From Actinomycetota bacterium (GTDB lineage: Bacteria > Actinomycetota > UBA4738 > HRBIN12): a DNA stretch of 63,367 nucleotides. Below are positions 27,582 to 36,386 of the stretch, in pieces (the first letter of the stretch is position 1; each line of letters begins with the position of its first letter). The stretch covers positions 1-63,367 of the forward strand of contig JBPCPX010000032.1 of NCBI GenBank assembly GCA_050998695.1, written 5' to 3'. The notes below the pieces were generated by a model, which had not been told where the DNA came from, ran no database searches, and saw nothing but the letters and a program-made list of their open reading frames with translations. A program made the position numbers and the translations under genes.

Positions 27582-28351
27582 CACGACGGCGACCCCGTGG
27601 GGCTCGGTTCCTCGGATGCCTGGTCGTCGCGATCGACCTGGTACGCGAAGACCTTCCACTCCCCTTCGACCGGTCGGAGGAAGAACGCCCCGCTGCTCGA
27701 GACCTGCGTGGACGAGCCGTCCTGCGCCTGGGCGTCCGCCTGGAACCGCACCTGGGCGATCGCCGATGCGGGGGCATCCTTCCGGTCGGTCAGGATCGTG
27801 ATCGAGAGGGTCTTGGTGGTGGGAGTCAGCGCGTCGTACACCTCGTTCGCATCCAACCCGAGGGTGAGGACGTCTCCGTCCGCCTCTGCACGGGCGGCCG
27901 CAGGTCCGTCGAACACCGCGAAGGCGGCCTCGTAGTCGCCCCAGGAGTCCATATCGACGAACGCACGGAGGTAGAGCTCGTCCATCGTCGCCTTCACGCC
28001 GGTCCCGGCCTCGCGGATCGTGTCCCTGAGCTGTGCGGGCGGGGTGCGGCTGGTCGTCGAGGCCCGCAGGCCTTTCATCTCGAAGCTGAACTCACCCGGC
28101 GCATCCGGTCCCTCGTCGATCAACGGAACGTCGCCGCCAAACAGCAGGAAACCGCCGATGGCGAGCAGGGCGACCACGACGACGGCGATCGCGATTCGCC
28201 AGCGTGTGGTCAGGGATCGCCGCGTCGGCTCGGCGGCGGGGGGTTGGTCTGTCAAAGCGGGGCCGACGCTACACGCCGACCGGGGGTCTTCCAAGGACCG
28301 TATCGGCTCGGGTTCTCGACCACGAGGTCGGATAAGATGGATCCGTTCCAC
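27581..28351 (-). CDS. membrane-anchored protein of unknown function, LCP-associated, copy 2
   Basis: Anchor WRIAIAVVVVALLAIGGFLLF. Shared blocks with copy 1: MDELYLRAFVDMDSWGDYEAAF vs LDDLYTQGFLDPANWTRGDYADAF, and FFLRPVEGEWKVFAYQV vs FFFEHVRGSWKIVSFHV. The start is uncertain because it overlaps a possible nhaA start. Confidence 0.55.
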   Translation of the reverse strand: MERIHLIRPRGREPEPIRSLEDPRSACSVGPALTDQPPAAEPTRRSLTTRWRIAIAVVVVALLAIGGFLLFGGDVPLIDEGPDAPGEFSFEMKGLRASTTSRTPPAQLRDTIREAGTGVKATMDELYLRAFVDMDSWGDYEAAFAVFDGPAAARAEADGDVLTLGLDANEVYDALTPTTKTLSITILTDRKDAPASAIAQVRFQADAQAQDGSSTQVSSSGAFFLRPVEGEWKVFAYQVDRDDQASEEPSPTGSPS

Positions 28352-29794
28352 CTATGGCGTGCCGGGAAGACTGGTCGGCGAGCGAGGTTCACCGTGAGCG
28401 AACGACCAGGCGGGGCGCCACACCCGGAGCTGAGACCGCCGTGGTCCAGATCCGATCGGCCCGTGCCGCGGCGCCTCGTCCGGCCGCTCCAGGAGTTCCT
28501 GTCCACCGCCACCGCGAGCGGCACCCTGTTGCTCATCGCCGCGTTGGTGGCCCTCGCCTGGGCGAACTCGCCGTGGGGGGACGCCTACGAGCGGTTCTGG
28601 CGCACGCCAGCCGAGCTCCACCTGGGCTCCTGGGAGATCGGCCACGACCTCCGGCACTGGGTGAACGACGGACTGATGACGCTGTTCTTCCTGGTGGTCG
28701 GTCTCGAGATCAAGCGGGAGTTCCAGACGGGCGAGTTGCAGGATCGGCGCGCCGCCGCGCTGCCGGTGGTGGCAGCCGTCGGCGGGATGATCGTGCCCGC
28801 CCTGATCTACCTCGCGCTCAACGCGGGCGGCGACGGCACGGCCGGATGGGGCATCCCGATGGCCACGGACATCGCCTTCGCCCTCGGCGTGCTCGTCCTC
28901 GCGGCGCGACATGCCCCGTCCGGGCTCAAGCCTTTCATCCTCACGCTGGCGATCGTCGACGATATAGGTGCGATCATCGTGATCGCGCTCTTCTACGCGG
29001 GGGGCGTGTCGATCGGCTTCCTGGCCGCCGCCGGGGCCCTCTGCGTCCTGATGCTCGCGCTCCGGCGCGTCGGGATCCGGGCGACGCCCGTCTTCGTCGG
29101 CATCGGGGCCCTCGTGTGGCTCGCCACGTACGAGTCCGGGGTACATCCGGCGATCGCGGGGGTCGTGCTGGGTCTTTTGGCCCCCGCCGAGTCCTACCAG
29201 CGGCCGCGCGCCGTGAGCGCCGAGGCCCGACGCACCGCCGACCTCACGATGGACGACCCGGAGCCTCCGGACGCGGATGCCGCCCAGTGGCTCCGACTGG
29301 CCTCGCTCTCCCGGGAGGCGGTCTCACCCCTGGGACGAACCGAGCACGCCCTGCTGCCGTGGACGAGCTTCGTGATCATCCCGCTCTTCGCGTTCGCGAA
29401 CGCGGGTGTGCGGCTCGGCGGCGAGCAGATCGCCGACGCCTCGGCGAGTCGCGTCACCCTCGGCGTGGTGCTCGGGTTGGTGGTCGGCAAGGTCGTGGGG
29501 ATCTCGGGCGCCGCGGCGCTCGCGGTTGCGGTGCGGGTCGCCAGGCTGCCCGCCGGCGTCCGGCTCGTCCATCTGATCGGCGCCTCCGCGGTCGCGGGTA
29601 TCGGGTTCACGGTCAGCCTGTTCATCGCCGAGCTGGCCTTCGACGACGAGGCGCTGATCGCCGAAGCCAAGGTCGGGATCTTGGCCGCCTCCTTCCTGGC
29701 GGGCGTCATCGGGTGGTTCGTGCTCCGGCTGTCGCCGTCCGTGGACGAGGCGACGCTCACCGACGTCGAGGACGGAGCGACCGACGACGCGTGA
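28337..29794 (+). CDS. nhaA: Na+/H+ antiporter NhaA
   Basis: LIAALVALAWANSPW..HWVNDGLMTLFFLVVGLEIKRE..WGIPMATDIAFALGVL..LAIVDDIGAIIVIALFY is the NhaA signature, including the DD pair. The start could be ATG 28337 or GTG 28394. Confidence 0.85.
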   Translation: MDPFHLWRAGKTGRRARFTVSERPGGAPHPELRPPWSRSDRPVPRRLVRPLQEFLSTATASGTLLLIAALVALAWANSPWGDAYERFWRTPAELHLGSWEIGHDLRHWVNDGLMTLFFLVVGLEIKREFQTGELQDRRAAALPVVAAVGGMIVPALIYLALNAGGDGTAGWGIPMATDIAFALGVLVLAARHAPSGLKPFILTLAIVDDIGAIIVIALFYAGGVSIGFLAAAGALCVLMLALRRVGIRATPVFVGIGALVWLATYESGVHPAIAGVVLGLLAPAESYQRPRAVSAEARRTADLTMDDPEPPDADAAQWLRLASLSREAVSPLGRTEHALLPWTSFVIIPLFAFANAGVRLGGEQIADASASRVTLGVVLGLVVGKVVGISGAAALAVAVRVARLPAGVRLVHLIGASAVAGIGFTVSLFIAELAFDDEALIAEAKVGILAASFLAGVIGWFVLRLSPSVDEATLTDVEDGATDDA

Positions 29795-29823
29795 GGTCAC
29801 TGACCTGGCACGTTGCCTATACT
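29794..29823 (+). promoter_or_regulatory. 13-bp perfect palindrome AGGTCAcTGACCT plus a -10-like TATACT upstream of hppA
   Basis: The palindrome is at 29794-29806, overlapping the nhaA stop. TATACT is at 29818-29823. No convincing -35. Inference only. Confidence 0.25.
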
Positions 29824-29866
29824 GCCCGCCGTTTCCCGGTCCTTCGCAACGTTCCTTACCCACGAC

Positions 29867-32152
29867 ATGGAGGTCCATTTGCACGGCATCCTGGCTCAAG
29901 AGGGCGGGCCGCTCGAGGTCATCTTCACGTCGACGGAGACCACCTATCTCTGGGTGATCTTCGTGATCTCGCTCCTCGCGCTCGCATTCGCGTACTACCT
30001 GGTCCGAGAGGTCCTCGCCGCACCGGAGGGGACCGAGAAGATGAAGGAGATCGCTCGCGCGATCCAGGAGGGCGCGAAGGCGTACCTCTCACGACAGTTC
30101 CGGACGCTCGGCATCTTCCTCGCGCTCCTCACGATCCTGCTCTTCTTCATCCTGCCCGCGCCGGAGAACGCGTCGTACTCGGAGTTCTCGATCAAGTTCG
30201 GACGGTCGGTGGCGTTCATCCTGGGAGCCGGCTTCAGCGCGCTCACCGGGTACGTCGGGATGTGGCTTGCGGTCCGAGCCAACGTCCGCACCGCCAACGC
30301 GGCTCGTGAGTCGGGTCTCCGACGCGCCCTGAAGATCGCGTTCCGAGCGGGCGGCGTGGCCGGCATGTTCACCGTCGGTCTCGGCCTGCTCGGTGCCACC
30401 GTTATCCTTTTGATCTACAAGGGCGACGCCACTTCCGTGTTGGTGGGCTTCGGGTTCGGCGGCGCGCTGCTCGCGATGTTCATGCGGGTCGGCGGCGGCA
30501 TCTTCACGAAGGCGGCAGACGTCGGCGCCGACCTGGTCGGGAAGATCGAGCAGGGGATCCCCGAGGACGACCCGCGCAACGCCGCCGTGATCGCCGACAA
30601 CGTCGGCGACAACGTCGGCGATTGCGCAGGGATGGCCGCCGACCTGTTCGAGTCCTACGAGGTGACGCTCGTCGCCTCGTTGATCCTCGGAGCCGCCGCG
30701 TTCACCGGGTCTGAGGGAGGCGCGATCGTCGGGGTGATGTTCCCGCTGTTCGTGCGCGCGGTCGGCGTGATCACGTCGATCATCGGGATCCTCGCCGTCA
30801 CGCCCCGGAGCGAGACCGAGCACGGGATGAAGGCGATCAACCGGGGCTTCTTCCTCTCGGCGGCGATCTCCGCCGCGGTCGTCTTCGTCATCTCGCAGAT
30901 CTACCTCGACGACTGGAAGCCCGCCGCCGCGGTGGTGATCGGCCTGCTCCTCGCGAGCGTGATCCAGGTACTCACGCAGTACTTCACCGACACGAAGTTC
31001 AAGCCCGTCCAGGAGATCGCGGAGGCAACGAACACGGGGCCGGCGACCACGATCCTCTCTGGTTTCTCGATCGGTTTGGAATCGACCGTCTGGTCGGTGC
31101 TGATCATCGCCGGCGCCGTGATGGGGTCTTTCTACCTGGGGGACACGCTCGCGGAGCGCCTCTATTTCATCGCGCTCACGGGGATGGGGATGCTCACGAC
31201 GGTAGGGGTCGTGGTCTCGATGGACACGTACGGTCCGATCTCGGACAACGCGCAGGGCATCGCGGAGATGTCCGGGGAGTTCGAAGGGCGTCCCGCCGAG
31301 ATCCTCGGCGGGCTCGATGCGGTCGGCAACTCGACGAAGGCCATCACCAAGGGGATGGCGATCGCGACGGCGGTCCTGGCCGCCACGTCACTGTTCGGTT
31401 CGTTCGCCGAGGCGGTGCTCGGAGCCCTGGGGAGTGACGCCGAGGAGTTCCCCATCCGGATCGACAATCCCGACGTGCTCGTCGGCCTCCTGCTCGGGGG
31501 CTCGGTCGCGTTCCTGTTCTCCTCGCTCGCGATCCGGGCGGTCGGCCGCGCCGCGATGCAGGTGGTCGTGGAGGTCCGCAACCAGTTCCGCGACCACCCC
31601 GGGATCATGAACTACACCGAGAAGCCGGACTACGGCCGGGTCGTGGACATCTGCACCCGCACCTCGCTCCGCGAGCTGATGACCCCCGGGCTCCTCGCGG
31701 TGCTGAGCCCGGTGATCGCGGGGTTCTTCCTCGGCGCCGAGGCCCTGGGCGCCTTCCTCGCCGGCGCGATCCTCACCGGTCAGCTGCTGGCGGTGATGCT
31801 CTCGAACGCGGGAGGCGCGTGGGACAACGCGAAGAAGTTCATCGAGGAGGGGCACTACGGTGGGAAGGGCAGCGAGGCGCACAAGGCGGCGGTGATCGGC
31901 GACACGGTGGGAGACCCGTTCAAGGACACGGCGGGTCCGGCCCTCAACCCGCTGATCAAGGTGATGAACCTCGTCGCCCTCCTCATCGCCCCGATCGTCG
32001 TCACGCACGCGGACGACACCGGGATCCGCGCGGCGGTCGTGGCGATCGCCGTGGTGGTGCTCGCGTCGATGATCTGGGTCTCGAAATCGAGGAAGTCGGA
32101 GCTCGAGTCCGAGATCAAGCAGATGGACGCGGCGGGAGCGCCTTCGTCCTGA
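29867..32152 (+). CDS. hppA: membrane-bound proton-translocating pyrophosphatase (K+-independent type by signature)
   Basis: Long polytopic ORF with [50 protein letters not shown]. The start is set at ATG 29867 rather than 29813 because the -10-like box lies inside the longer ORF. The start remains uncertain. Confidence 0.9.
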   Translation: MEVHLHGILAQEGGPLEVIFTSTETTYLWVIFVISLLALAFAYYLVREVLAAPEGTEKMKEIARAIQEGAKAYLSRQFRTLGIFLALLTILLFFILPAPENASYSEFSIKFGRSVAFILGAGFSALTGYVGMWLAVRANVRTANAARESGLRRALKIAFRAGGVAGMFTVGLGLLGATVILLIYKGDATSVLVGFGFGGALLAMFMRVGGGIFTKAADVGADLVGKIEQGIPEDDPRNAAVIADNVGDNVGDCAGMAADLFESYEVTLVASLILGAAAFTGSEGGAIVGVMFPLFVRAVGVITSIIGILAVTPRSETEHGMKAINRGFFLSAAISAAVVFVISQIYLDDWKPAAAVVIGLLLASVIQVLTQYFTDTKFKPVQEIAEATNTGPATTILSGFSIGLESTVWSVLIIAGAVMGSFYLGDTLAERLYFIALTGMGMLTTVGVVVSMDTYGPISDNAQGIAEMSGEFEGRPAEILGGLDAVGNSTKAITKGMAIATAVLAATSLFGSFAEAVLGALGSDAEEFPIRIDNPDVLVGLLLGGSVAFLFSSLAIRAVGRAAMQVVVEVRNQFRDHPGIMNYTEKPDYGRVVDICTRTSLRELMTPGLLAVLSPVIAGFFLGAEALGAFLAGAILTGQLLAVMLSNAGGAWDNAKKFIEEGHYGGKGSEAHKAAVIGDTVGDPFKDTAGPALNPLIKVMNLVALLIAPIVVTHADDTGIRAAVVAIAVVVLASMIWVSKSRKSELESEIKQMDAAGAPSS

Positions 32153-32153
32153 C

Positions 32154-32513
32154 GTGGGCTTCGTCCAACGCCTCCTCGAGCGCCTGAACGAGAGCGACGA
32201 GACACGTCTCGCCGAGGAGACGCGTGCCTGGGCGGACTCGATCGAGGGGTCCGTCCGGATCGCCGATGCGTCGCTGCGTCAGCCGGTGAAGATCGCCGGG
32301 GTCATCCGACGCATGACCGTTCTGCCGATGGAGGGGAAGGAAGCGCTGCAGGCCCTGATCTCCGACGGCACGGGTGAGGTGACGGCCGTGTTCATGGGGC
32401 GGCGAGGGATCGGTGGCCTCTCACTCGGCAGACGGGTCGTCGTCGAGGGGGTCCTCGGGCAGCATCGAGGCGAGGTCCGGATGGTGAATCCTCGGCTCGA
32501 GTTCGCGGGCTGA
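32154..32513 (+). CDS. OB-fold domain-containing protein (actinobacterial trkA-neighbour type)
   Basis: [62 protein letters not shown]. Confidence 0.6.
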   Translation: MGFVQRLLERLNESDETRLAEETRAWADSIEGSVRIADASLRQPVKIAGVIRRMTVLPMEGKEALQALISDGTGEVTAVFMGRRGIGGLSLGRRVVVEGVLGQHRGEVRMVNPRLEFAG

Positions 32514-32535
32514 GCCGGTGTCGGGAACCGGGCCG

Positions 32536-33264
32536 TCAGGGGCCGGTGGAGGGGCCGGGCTCCGATGGCGCGTGGGTCTCACGCTCGTCGTCGTCCGTCC
32601 CCGTGCCCATCACGCTGTCGCGGAGAGCTCGCTCGGAGTCGACGCTCGAAAGAGCCACGATCTCGTCTCCCGCCGCGAGAGCCGTCTCCGGCTGCGGGAT
32701 CATCACGTGTCCCTCGCGCAGGATCGCGACGAGCGTGGTGTCCGGCGGCAGGCGAAGCTCGTAGAGCGCTCTCCCCGCATTGGGTGAGTCCTCGGGCAGG
32801 CGCATCTCGACCAACGCGACCTTCCCGCCCTCGAGTCGGAGGAGGCGGACGAGGTCGCCGACGGTGACCGCCTCCTCGACCATCGCCGTCAGGATGTGCG
32901 GGGGCGACACCGACGCGTCCACGCCCCACTGCTCGTCGAAGAGCCATTCGTTCTTGGGGTGATTGACGCGCGCGAGCACCCTCGGGACGCCGAACTCCTG
33001 CTTGGCGAGCAGGGACGTCACCAGGTTGTCCTCGTCGTCGCCGGTCGCGGCGACGACCACGTCCGCGGATCGCACGTCGGCCTTCTCCAGGATGCGCGGC
33101 TCGCACGCGTCGCCGTATACCACGTGGGTGTCGGGCGCCCAGTTCTCGAGCTTCTCCGCGAGGTCGCGTCGCTGCTCGACGAGCGTGACGTCGTGGCCCC
33201 GTTCGGTCAGGTCCTGGGCGAGGTGACGTCCCACCGCCCCGCCGCCGGTCACGACGACCTTCAT
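32536..33264 (-). CDS. trkA: TrkA-family potassium uptake regulatory protein (RCK N+C)
   Basis: MKVVVTGGGAVGRHLAQDL (GxGxxG)..VVAATGDDEDNL plus a C-terminal RCK_C segment. Confidence 0.85.
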   Translation of the reverse strand: MKVVVTGGGAVGRHLAQDLTERGHDVTLVEQRRDLAEKLENWAPDTHVVYGDACEPRILEKADVRSADVVVAATGDDEDNLVTSLLAKQEFGVPRVLARVNHPKNEWLFDEQWGVDASVSPPHILTAMVEEAVTVGDLVRLLRLEGGKVALVEMRLPEDSPNAGRALYELRLPPDTTLVAILREGHVMIPQPETALAAGDEIVALSSVDSERALRDSVMGTGTDDDERETHAPSEPGPSTGP

Positions 33265-33920
33265 GCGTGCGGGTCCTTCGCCCCGATGAGCTCGTCGACG
33301 AGGTCGAGCCCTTCCTTCGCGATCATCAGGATCAGGTAGTCGCCCGCCTGGAGCGTGGACGAGGCCGTCGGGATGAAACCGCCCCCGCCGCGTGAGATCC
33401 CGGCCACGCGGACCTTGCCGTCGATCTCGACGGACGACACGGGTTCCCCTGCGAGATGCGCCGGCACGGGAACTCGGAGACGGAGGAGGTCACCGCCTCC
33501 GAGGGTCTCGCGGATCTCCTCGCGGTCGTGGAAGAGCATCAGCTGGATCTGCTTCACGCCCCATCGCGTGGTGGCGACGGTCGGGATGTTGAGGCGCTCG
33601 TAGATCTCCGCGCGTCTCGAGTCGTAGATCCGGGCGATGACGCGAGGCACGTGGTAGTACTCGAGCGCCACGCGAGCCGAGACGATGTTCGAGTTGTCCC
33701 CGCTCGAGACGGCGACGAACCCGTCCGCGTCCTTGATACCCGCGTCCTCCAAGACGTCGCGGTCGAAACCGAGCCCGACGATCTGTCGTGCCTTGTCCCC
33801 CGGCGGATAGGCGTGGAAGGCCTCCGGGTTCTTGTCGATGATGGAGACCTCGTGCTCCTCGACGAGCGCGTTCGACAGCTCGGAGCCCACACGGCCGCAA
33901 CCCATGATGATCACGTGCAT
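33261..33920 (-). CDS. trkA: TrkA-family potassium uptake regulatory protein (second paralogue)
   Basis: MHVIIMGCGRVGSELSNAL..FVAVSSGDNSNIVSARVA. This is only the last 219 codons of the 850-aa track ORF 33261..35813. It overlaps the downstream trkA by 4 nt. Confidence 0.85.
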   Translation of the reverse strand: MHVIIMGCGRVGSELSNALVEEHEVSIIDKNPEAFHAYPPGDKARQIVGLGFDRDVLEDAGIKDADGFVAVSSGDNSNIVSARVALEYYHVPRVIARIYDSRRAEIYERLNIPTVATTRWGVKQIQLMLFHDREEIRETLGGGDLLRLRVPVPAHLAGEPVSSVEIDGKVRVAGISRGGGGFIPTASSTLQAGDYLILMIAKEGLDLVDELIGAKDPHA

Positions 33921-34036
33921 ACGGTGCGGAAGCGTACCCCGGGGCAGGACTCCCCACCAAGCCGTCCCTGGCGCGTCCCTTCGGGGCGTAGAAGACGGCA
34001 CGGGAGGCCATCCGGAGCCGAACGACCGGGAAAAGG

Positions 34037-34064
34037 ATTCGGGCCCGCGGAGGCGGGCCCGAAT
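34037..34064 (-). terminator. perfect 12-bp stem / 4-nt loop hairpin in the trkA 5' leader (attenuator candidate)
   Basis: attcgggcccgc-ggag-gcgggcccgaat. On the minus strand it is followed by ccttttccc. It lies 117 nt upstream of the trkA ATG (33920). Confidence 0.4.
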
Positions 34065-34229
34065 GATGAGGACGGATCCGGAGATCCGACGACTGGAGGG
34101 AGCCGTCGGCCCCCCGGATTTGACTCGGAGGATGGGTTCCTCTCGTTGCATCTTCGAGAGTGGAGCGTGAGGGATGCGTGAAGGTTCCCTCTCGAGGCGT
34201 GAAGATCCCGTGAAAGGGGCTAGCTTGTC

Positions 34230-35681
34230 GTGGTCGTGAGCCAGGAACCGGAGTACGAGGGGACCGCGGACATCACGGTCAGGGGGGTCGTGATCGGGCT
34301 GCTCACGCCCGCGATCGCCACGGTCGTCGCGTACCCCATCGCGCCGACCCGGCCCGAGATCTCGATCGCCGTCTTCATGCTGGCGGTTGTGATCGCCGCG
34401 GTGGCGGGAGGGCTGTGGAGCGGCCTCATCGCCGGGATCCTCGCGTCGACGCTCCGCCCCCTGGTCGTGGAGGATCCACAGCTGACCTTCCGCTTCGACG
34501 ACGTGGAGGACGTCGCGACCGGCGTCGTGTTCCTTTCCGTGGCAATGGTCGTCGGCCTGCTCGTCGGGCAGGCGAGCGAGGACCGGGCGCGCGCCTCGCG
34601 CCGGGAGCGCGAGGCCCGTTTCCTCGGCACGCTCTCGAGCACGCTGCATACGAGAGAGGTCCCCGATCGCGTCCTCGATCAGTTCGCCGAGGTGCTGATG
34701 GAGCCGTTCGGCCTCTCGAGGGTCGAGGTCGAGGCCACACTGGACGGCACAGATCTGCGCGCCCTCGCGACGACCAACGGAGAGGTGGTCGTCGGGGGTC
34801 CCCGCACGTCGGTCAGGCTCCTGGCCGGCGACGCGTCCATCGGCACGCTCGTCGCGGAGCGGCCGCCCGGGGGGCGGCCGTTCTCCCGCGACGACCAGCT
34901 CCTGCTCGAGACGGCCGCGCGTCAGGCCACGGCCGCGCTGGACCGCGCGCGCCTGGACGCGCGTGCACGGAACGCCCAGCTCGATGCCGAGACCAACCAG
35001 CTGCGCGCCGCGATGTTCTCCTCGGTCACGCACGACCTGCGAACACCCCTGGCCTCCATCAAGGCCGGTGTGACCAGCCTCCTGGACACCACCGTGCAGC
35101 ACGACCCGGCACAGGAGCGGGAGCTGCTCACGACGATCCTGGAGGAAACGGATCGGTTGAACCGGCTGGTCGGCAACCTGCTCGACCTGGCACGGATCCG
35201 AGCGGGCGCGCTGACGCCGACACGCCAGCAGTCGGCGATGGACGAGATCGTCGAGATCGTCCTCGCCAGGATGCGATCCCGGCTGGCCGAGCACGTCGTG
35301 ACCGCGGACCTTCCCGCATCGCTGCCCGACGTCTGGGTCGACCCCGTTCAGTTGGACCAGGTCCTGACGAACCTCCTGGAGAACGCCGGGAGGCACGCGC
35401 CCGCCGGAAGCGAGATCCAAGTGAGCGTCCTGTGGATGCACGGCGCCGTCCAGGTCAGGGTCGCCGACGAGGGGCCGGGCATCCCACTCGACGAGAGAGA
35501 TCGGGTCTTCGAGGCGTTCTACCGGGGCTCCTCGATCCCGGAGACGCCGGGGAGCGGCCTCGGCCTCGCGATCGCGAAAGCGGTGGTCGTCGCGCACGGC
35601 GGGCGGATCTGGATCGAGGAAGCGCCCGCAGGAGGATGCGTCGTCGCGTTCGAGATCCAGGGTGGGGACCCGCAGGCATGA
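34230..35681 (+). CDS. sensor histidine kinase, KdpD C-terminal-like (DUF4118 + HisKA + HATPase_c), lacking the KdpD N-terminal sensor domain
   Basis: The membrane DUF4118-like N-terminus starts immediately. H-box FSSVTHDLRTPLASI, N-box QVLTNLLENAGRHAP, DEGPGIP, GSGLGLAI. Confidence 0.8.
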   Translation: MVVSQEPEYEGTADITVRGVVIGLLTPAIATVVAYPIAPTRPEISIAVFMLAVVIAAVAGGLWSGLIAGILASTLRPLVVEDPQLTFRFDDVEDVATGVVFLSVAMVVGLLVGQASEDRARASRREREARFLGTLSSTLHTREVPDRVLDQFAEVLMEPFGLSRVEVEATLDGTDLRALATTNGEVVVGGPRTSVRLLAGDASIGTLVAERPPGGRPFSRDDQLLLETAARQATAALDRARLDARARNAQLDAETNQLRAAMFSSVTHDLRTPLASIKAGVTSLLDTTVQHDPAQERELLTTILEETDRLNRLVGNLLDLARIRAGALTPTRQQSAMDEIVEIVLARMRSRLAEHVVTADLPASLPDVWVDPVQLDQVLTNLLENAGRHAPAGSEIQVSVLWMHGAVQVRVADEGPGIPLDERDRVFEAFYRGSSIPETPGSGLGLAIAKAVVVAHGGRIWIEEAPAGGCVVAFEIQGGDPQA

Positions 35682-36376
35682 ACAGGGTCCTCGTGGTCGA
35701 CGACGAGCCGCAGATCCGCCGTGCCCTGCGCACGAGCCTCGAGGCCCACGGCTACGAGGTCCAGACGGTGGGGACCGGCGAGGAGGCGGTGATCGGCGCC
35801 GCCGAGATGGCACCCGAGCTCATGCTGCTCGACCTCGGGCTTCCCGACCTGGACGGGACCGAGGTGATCCGACGCGTCCGAGGATTCACGGAGCTCCCGA
35901 TCATCGTCTTGTCCGTGCGGGACAGTCAGCACGACAAGGTGGCGGCGCTCGATGCGGGCGCGGACGACTACGTGACGAAGCCCTTCGCGATGGAGGAGCT
36001 CCTGGCGCGTGCCCGGGCGGCGATTCGCCGCGCGCAGCCAGGCGAGCCGACCCCGCCTTCGATGCGCTACGGTGCGCTCGAGATCGACCTCGGCCGGCGG
36101 CTCGTAACGCTCGACGGCGACCCGTTGCGGCTCACGCCGACCGAGTACCTGCTCCTGGAGGCGCTGGCGACGAACCCCGGGAAGCTCCTGACCCACCAGT
36201 GGCTGCTGCGGAAGGTGTGGGGCCAGGGCTACGGCACCGAGACCACCTACCTACGCACCTATGTCAGGGCCCTCCGCAAGAAGCTCGGCGACGACGCTCA
36301 GGCGCCGCAGCTGATCGTCACCGAACCCGGCGTCGGCTACCGCTGGATCGCGGAGAGCTCCGGCGCCGAGTCGTAG
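35678..36376 (+). CDS. OmpR/KdpE-family response regulator
   Basis: MNRVLVVDDEPQIRRAL..LLDLGLPDLDG..DDYVTKPF plus the winged-helix LTPTEYLLLEAL..GYRW. ATGA overlap with the kinase. Confidence 0.85.
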   Translation: MNRVLVVDDEPQIRRALRTSLEAHGYEVQTVGTGEEAVIGAAEMAPELMLLDLGLPDLDGTEVIRRVRGFTELPIIVLSVRDSQHDKVAALDAGADDYVTKPFAMEELLARARAAIRRAQPGEPTPPSMRYGALEIDLGRRLVTLDGDPLRLTPTEYLLLEALATNPGKLLTHQWLLRKVWGQGYGTETTYLRTYVRALRKKLGDDAQAPQLIVTEPGVGYRWIAESSGAES

Positions 36377-36386
36377 CATCCGTCGG

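Noticed and set aside
29813-29866. The track start (29813) for the pyrophosphatase
   Set aside because: The first 18 codons (MPILPAVSRSFATFLTHD) are not PPase-like and contain the TATACT box. ATG 29867 is preferred, although neither start has a clear RBS.
33921-34229. Calling the trkA leader a c-di-AMP (ydaO) riboswitch
   Set aside because: Only loose resemblance exists (GAGRGGAACC-like boxes, CCGAAUCC). The element order differs from the consensus I remember, and the CAGCUAAC core is missing. It is kept only as a structured-leader candidate pending cmscan.
33921-35813. The upstream 630 codons of the 850-aa minus-strand track ORF 33261..35813
   Set aside because: Only the last 219 codons (from ATG 33920) look like a real protein (TrkA). 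The rest is Arg/Pro/Gly-rich nonsense lying antisense to the well-supported KdpD-like kinase on the plus strand. This is a typical high-GC open-frame artefact.
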